In this document: positions 62,505-64,000 of the stretch, one piece after another
Numbering within the stretch: the first letter of the stretch is position 1
How the letters are laid out: each line of letters opens with the position of its first letter
Assembly (NCBI GenBank): GCA_965153455.1
Contig: OZ234493.1
Coordinates: 29,316,213 to 29,380,212, forward strand
From: Sphagnum compactum
Taxonomy: Eukaryota
DNA length: 64,000 nucleotides
Direction of reading: 5' to 3'
Position numbers and translations under genes: made by a program
Notes under the pieces: generated by a model
What the model saw: only the letters and a program-made list of their open reading frames with translations
The model's database searches: none
Told to the model about the DNA's origin: nothing

Positions 62505-64000
62505 ATGGAGAGAGGAGAGAGCTTTAAGAGGGTGAACCGAGGCAAGAACCGGATCCCACTCCAATCGCTTGCACGGGTAGCTTGCATTGCTGCAGGAGTG
62601 CAGTTCGGATGGGCGTTGCAGTTGTCGTTGTTGACGCCTTACGTGCAGGAACTGGGCATCCCGCATGCATGGGCAAGCTTCATCTGGCTGTGTGGACCTA
62701 TCTCCGGGATGTTGGTGCAACCCATTGTTGGTCATTATAGTGATCGCTTCCCTGGGAAATGGGGAAGACGAAGACCTTTCATCGTCACTGGAGCTACACT
62801 GGTGGTGATTGCCGTGCTCATCATCGGTTTCTCTGCGGATTTGGGGTTCTTGCTGGGTGATAGCAACAGTAGTATTGTGGGATCCAGACCTCGTGCCATC
62901 GTCGTTTTTGTGACTGGTTTTTGGGTGCTGGATCTCGCGAATAATACTCTGCAAGGTCCTTGCAGAGCTTTACTGGCGGATTTCACAGGCAAGGACCAGA
63001 GACGGACGCGACGAGCAAATGCCTTTTTCTCTCTCTTCATGGCCATAGGAAACGTGCTGGGCTTCGCTACCGGCGCCTACGATGGCTGGTACAAAATCTT
63101 CAGCTTCACCAGAACAGAAGCTTGCGATATTGCCTGCGCGAATCTGAAATCCGCTTTCCTTCTCGGAGTTCTCCTCCTTGTGTTGACGACGATTCTGAGC
63201 GTGACGGCGGCTAGTGAAGTTCCTTGGGATCCCATCACGAAGATCGTAAAAAACGTAGTTTCTACTTCCGCTACTCCCTTGCTTCCCGACAAGCAGCCAG
63301 CGGATCCTGAAGCTCCGAAACCATCACCACCCGCAGCAACAGGGAGTGCATCTGGCGCAAATAATGGTCAGGGAGGAGGAGGGGAAGAAGACAGCGATGA
63401 CGATGAAGAAGAAGAACGAGAAGCGGTCTTTTGGGAGCTTTTTGGAGCTTTGAGAGATCTCCCTCGTCCCATGTGGTACATTCTCGCTGTAACAGCTCTC
63501 ACATGGCTGGCATGGTTCCCTTTCCTTCTCTTCGACACGGACTGGATGGGTCGTGACGTTTATCGAGGCGAGCCGTCTTCACCAGATCCGAAGATCACCG
63601 CTCTTTACTTCGAGGGAGTGCACATGGGTTCTCTCGGTCTTATGCTCAACTCTGTGGTATTGGGTCTCTCCTCGCTTGTGATCGAACCTCTTTGCCACAA
63701 ACTGGGTTCAAGCTATGTGTGGGGCCTAGCAAACACCATCATGGCTGCCTGCTTTGCAGCCACGGCTCTCTTAACACATGCAGCCAAACAGGATCCCTGG
63801 GGAATGGGTCCTCCTCTTTACGTCACCATCTCCTCTCTCGTCATCTTCGCGGTTCTGGGAGCTCCACTGGCGGTCACATACAGTATCCCTTATGCATTGA
63901 CTGCTACTTTCACAGAGAGAGTAGGGGGAGGTCAAGGATTGTCCATGGGTGTACTGAACCTTGCTGTTGTCCTTCCTCAAATGCTCGTCTCTGTGGGCAG
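62505..64000 (+). CDS. SUT4: Sucrose/H+ symporter, type III (SUT4/SUC4-like), truncated by the window end
   Basis: Uninterrupted frame from ATG 62505: GVQFGWALQLSLLTPYVQELGIPHAWASFIWLCGP, GRRRPFI, DLANNTLQGPCRALLAD, WFPFLLFDTDWMGR and GQGLSMGVLNLAVVLPQ. No stop before 64000. Confidence 0.93.
   Translation, partial: MERGESFKRVNRGKNRIPLQSLARVACIAAGVQFGWALQLSLLTPYVQELGIPHAWASFIWLCGPISGMLVQPIVGHYSDRFPGKWGRRRPFIVTGATLVVIAVLIIGFSADLGFLLGDSNSSIVGSRPRAIVVFVTGFWVLDLANNTLQGPCRALLADFTGKDQRRTRRANAFFSLFMAIGNVLGFATGAYDGWYKIFSFTRTEACDIACANLKSAFLLGVLLLVLTTILSVTAASEVPWDPITKIVKNVVSTSATPLLPDKQPADPEAPKPSPPAATGSASGANNGQGGGGEEDSDDDEEEEREAVFWELFGALRDLPRPMWYILAVTALTWLAWFPFLLFDTDWMGRDVYRGEPSSPDPKITALYFEGVHMGSLGLMLNSVVLGLSSLVIEPLCHKLGSSYVWGLANTIMAACFAATALLTHAAKQDPWGMGPPLYVTISSLVIFAVLGAPLAVTYSIPYALTATFTERVGGGQGLSMGVLNLAVVLPQMLVSVG

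Noticed and set aside
62199..63292. Minus-strand ORFs up to 251 aa
   Set aside because: Antisense shadows of the sucrose transporter CDS.

Overview
Eukaryotic plant nuclear DNA with spliceosomal GT-AG introns. Gene style and repeat content suggest a bryophyte such as Sphagnum, but this is inference only. Four host genes were reconstructed by hand: (1) an intronless DUF4057-family gene (1082-2182, +); (2) a 13-exon CBL-interacting protein kinase, CIPK23-like (6572-10521, -, 442 aa); (3) a 10-exon 26S proteasome AAA-ATPase RPT1 (47774-52893, -, 422 aa); (4) a type III/SUT4-like sucrose transporter (62505 to beyond the window end, +), missing from the ORF track because no stop codon is reached. 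The ~36 kb between CIPK and RPT1 and the ~9 kb before the transporter are decayed mobile DNA: three hAT transposase relics, several hAT-type MITEs, a 3' relic of an RLE-type (CRE/R2-group) LINE and a copia RT fragment. The most notable structure is an 8.9-kb element (13658-22571) bounded by inverted termini and a perfect 9-bp target-site duplication. It has no recognisable transposase but carries a decayed spliced C2H2 zinc-finger gene, a higher-order hairpin array and two mirror-image tandem arrays. No rRNA, intact tRNA or CRISPR array was found, and most short ORFs in the track are spurious.
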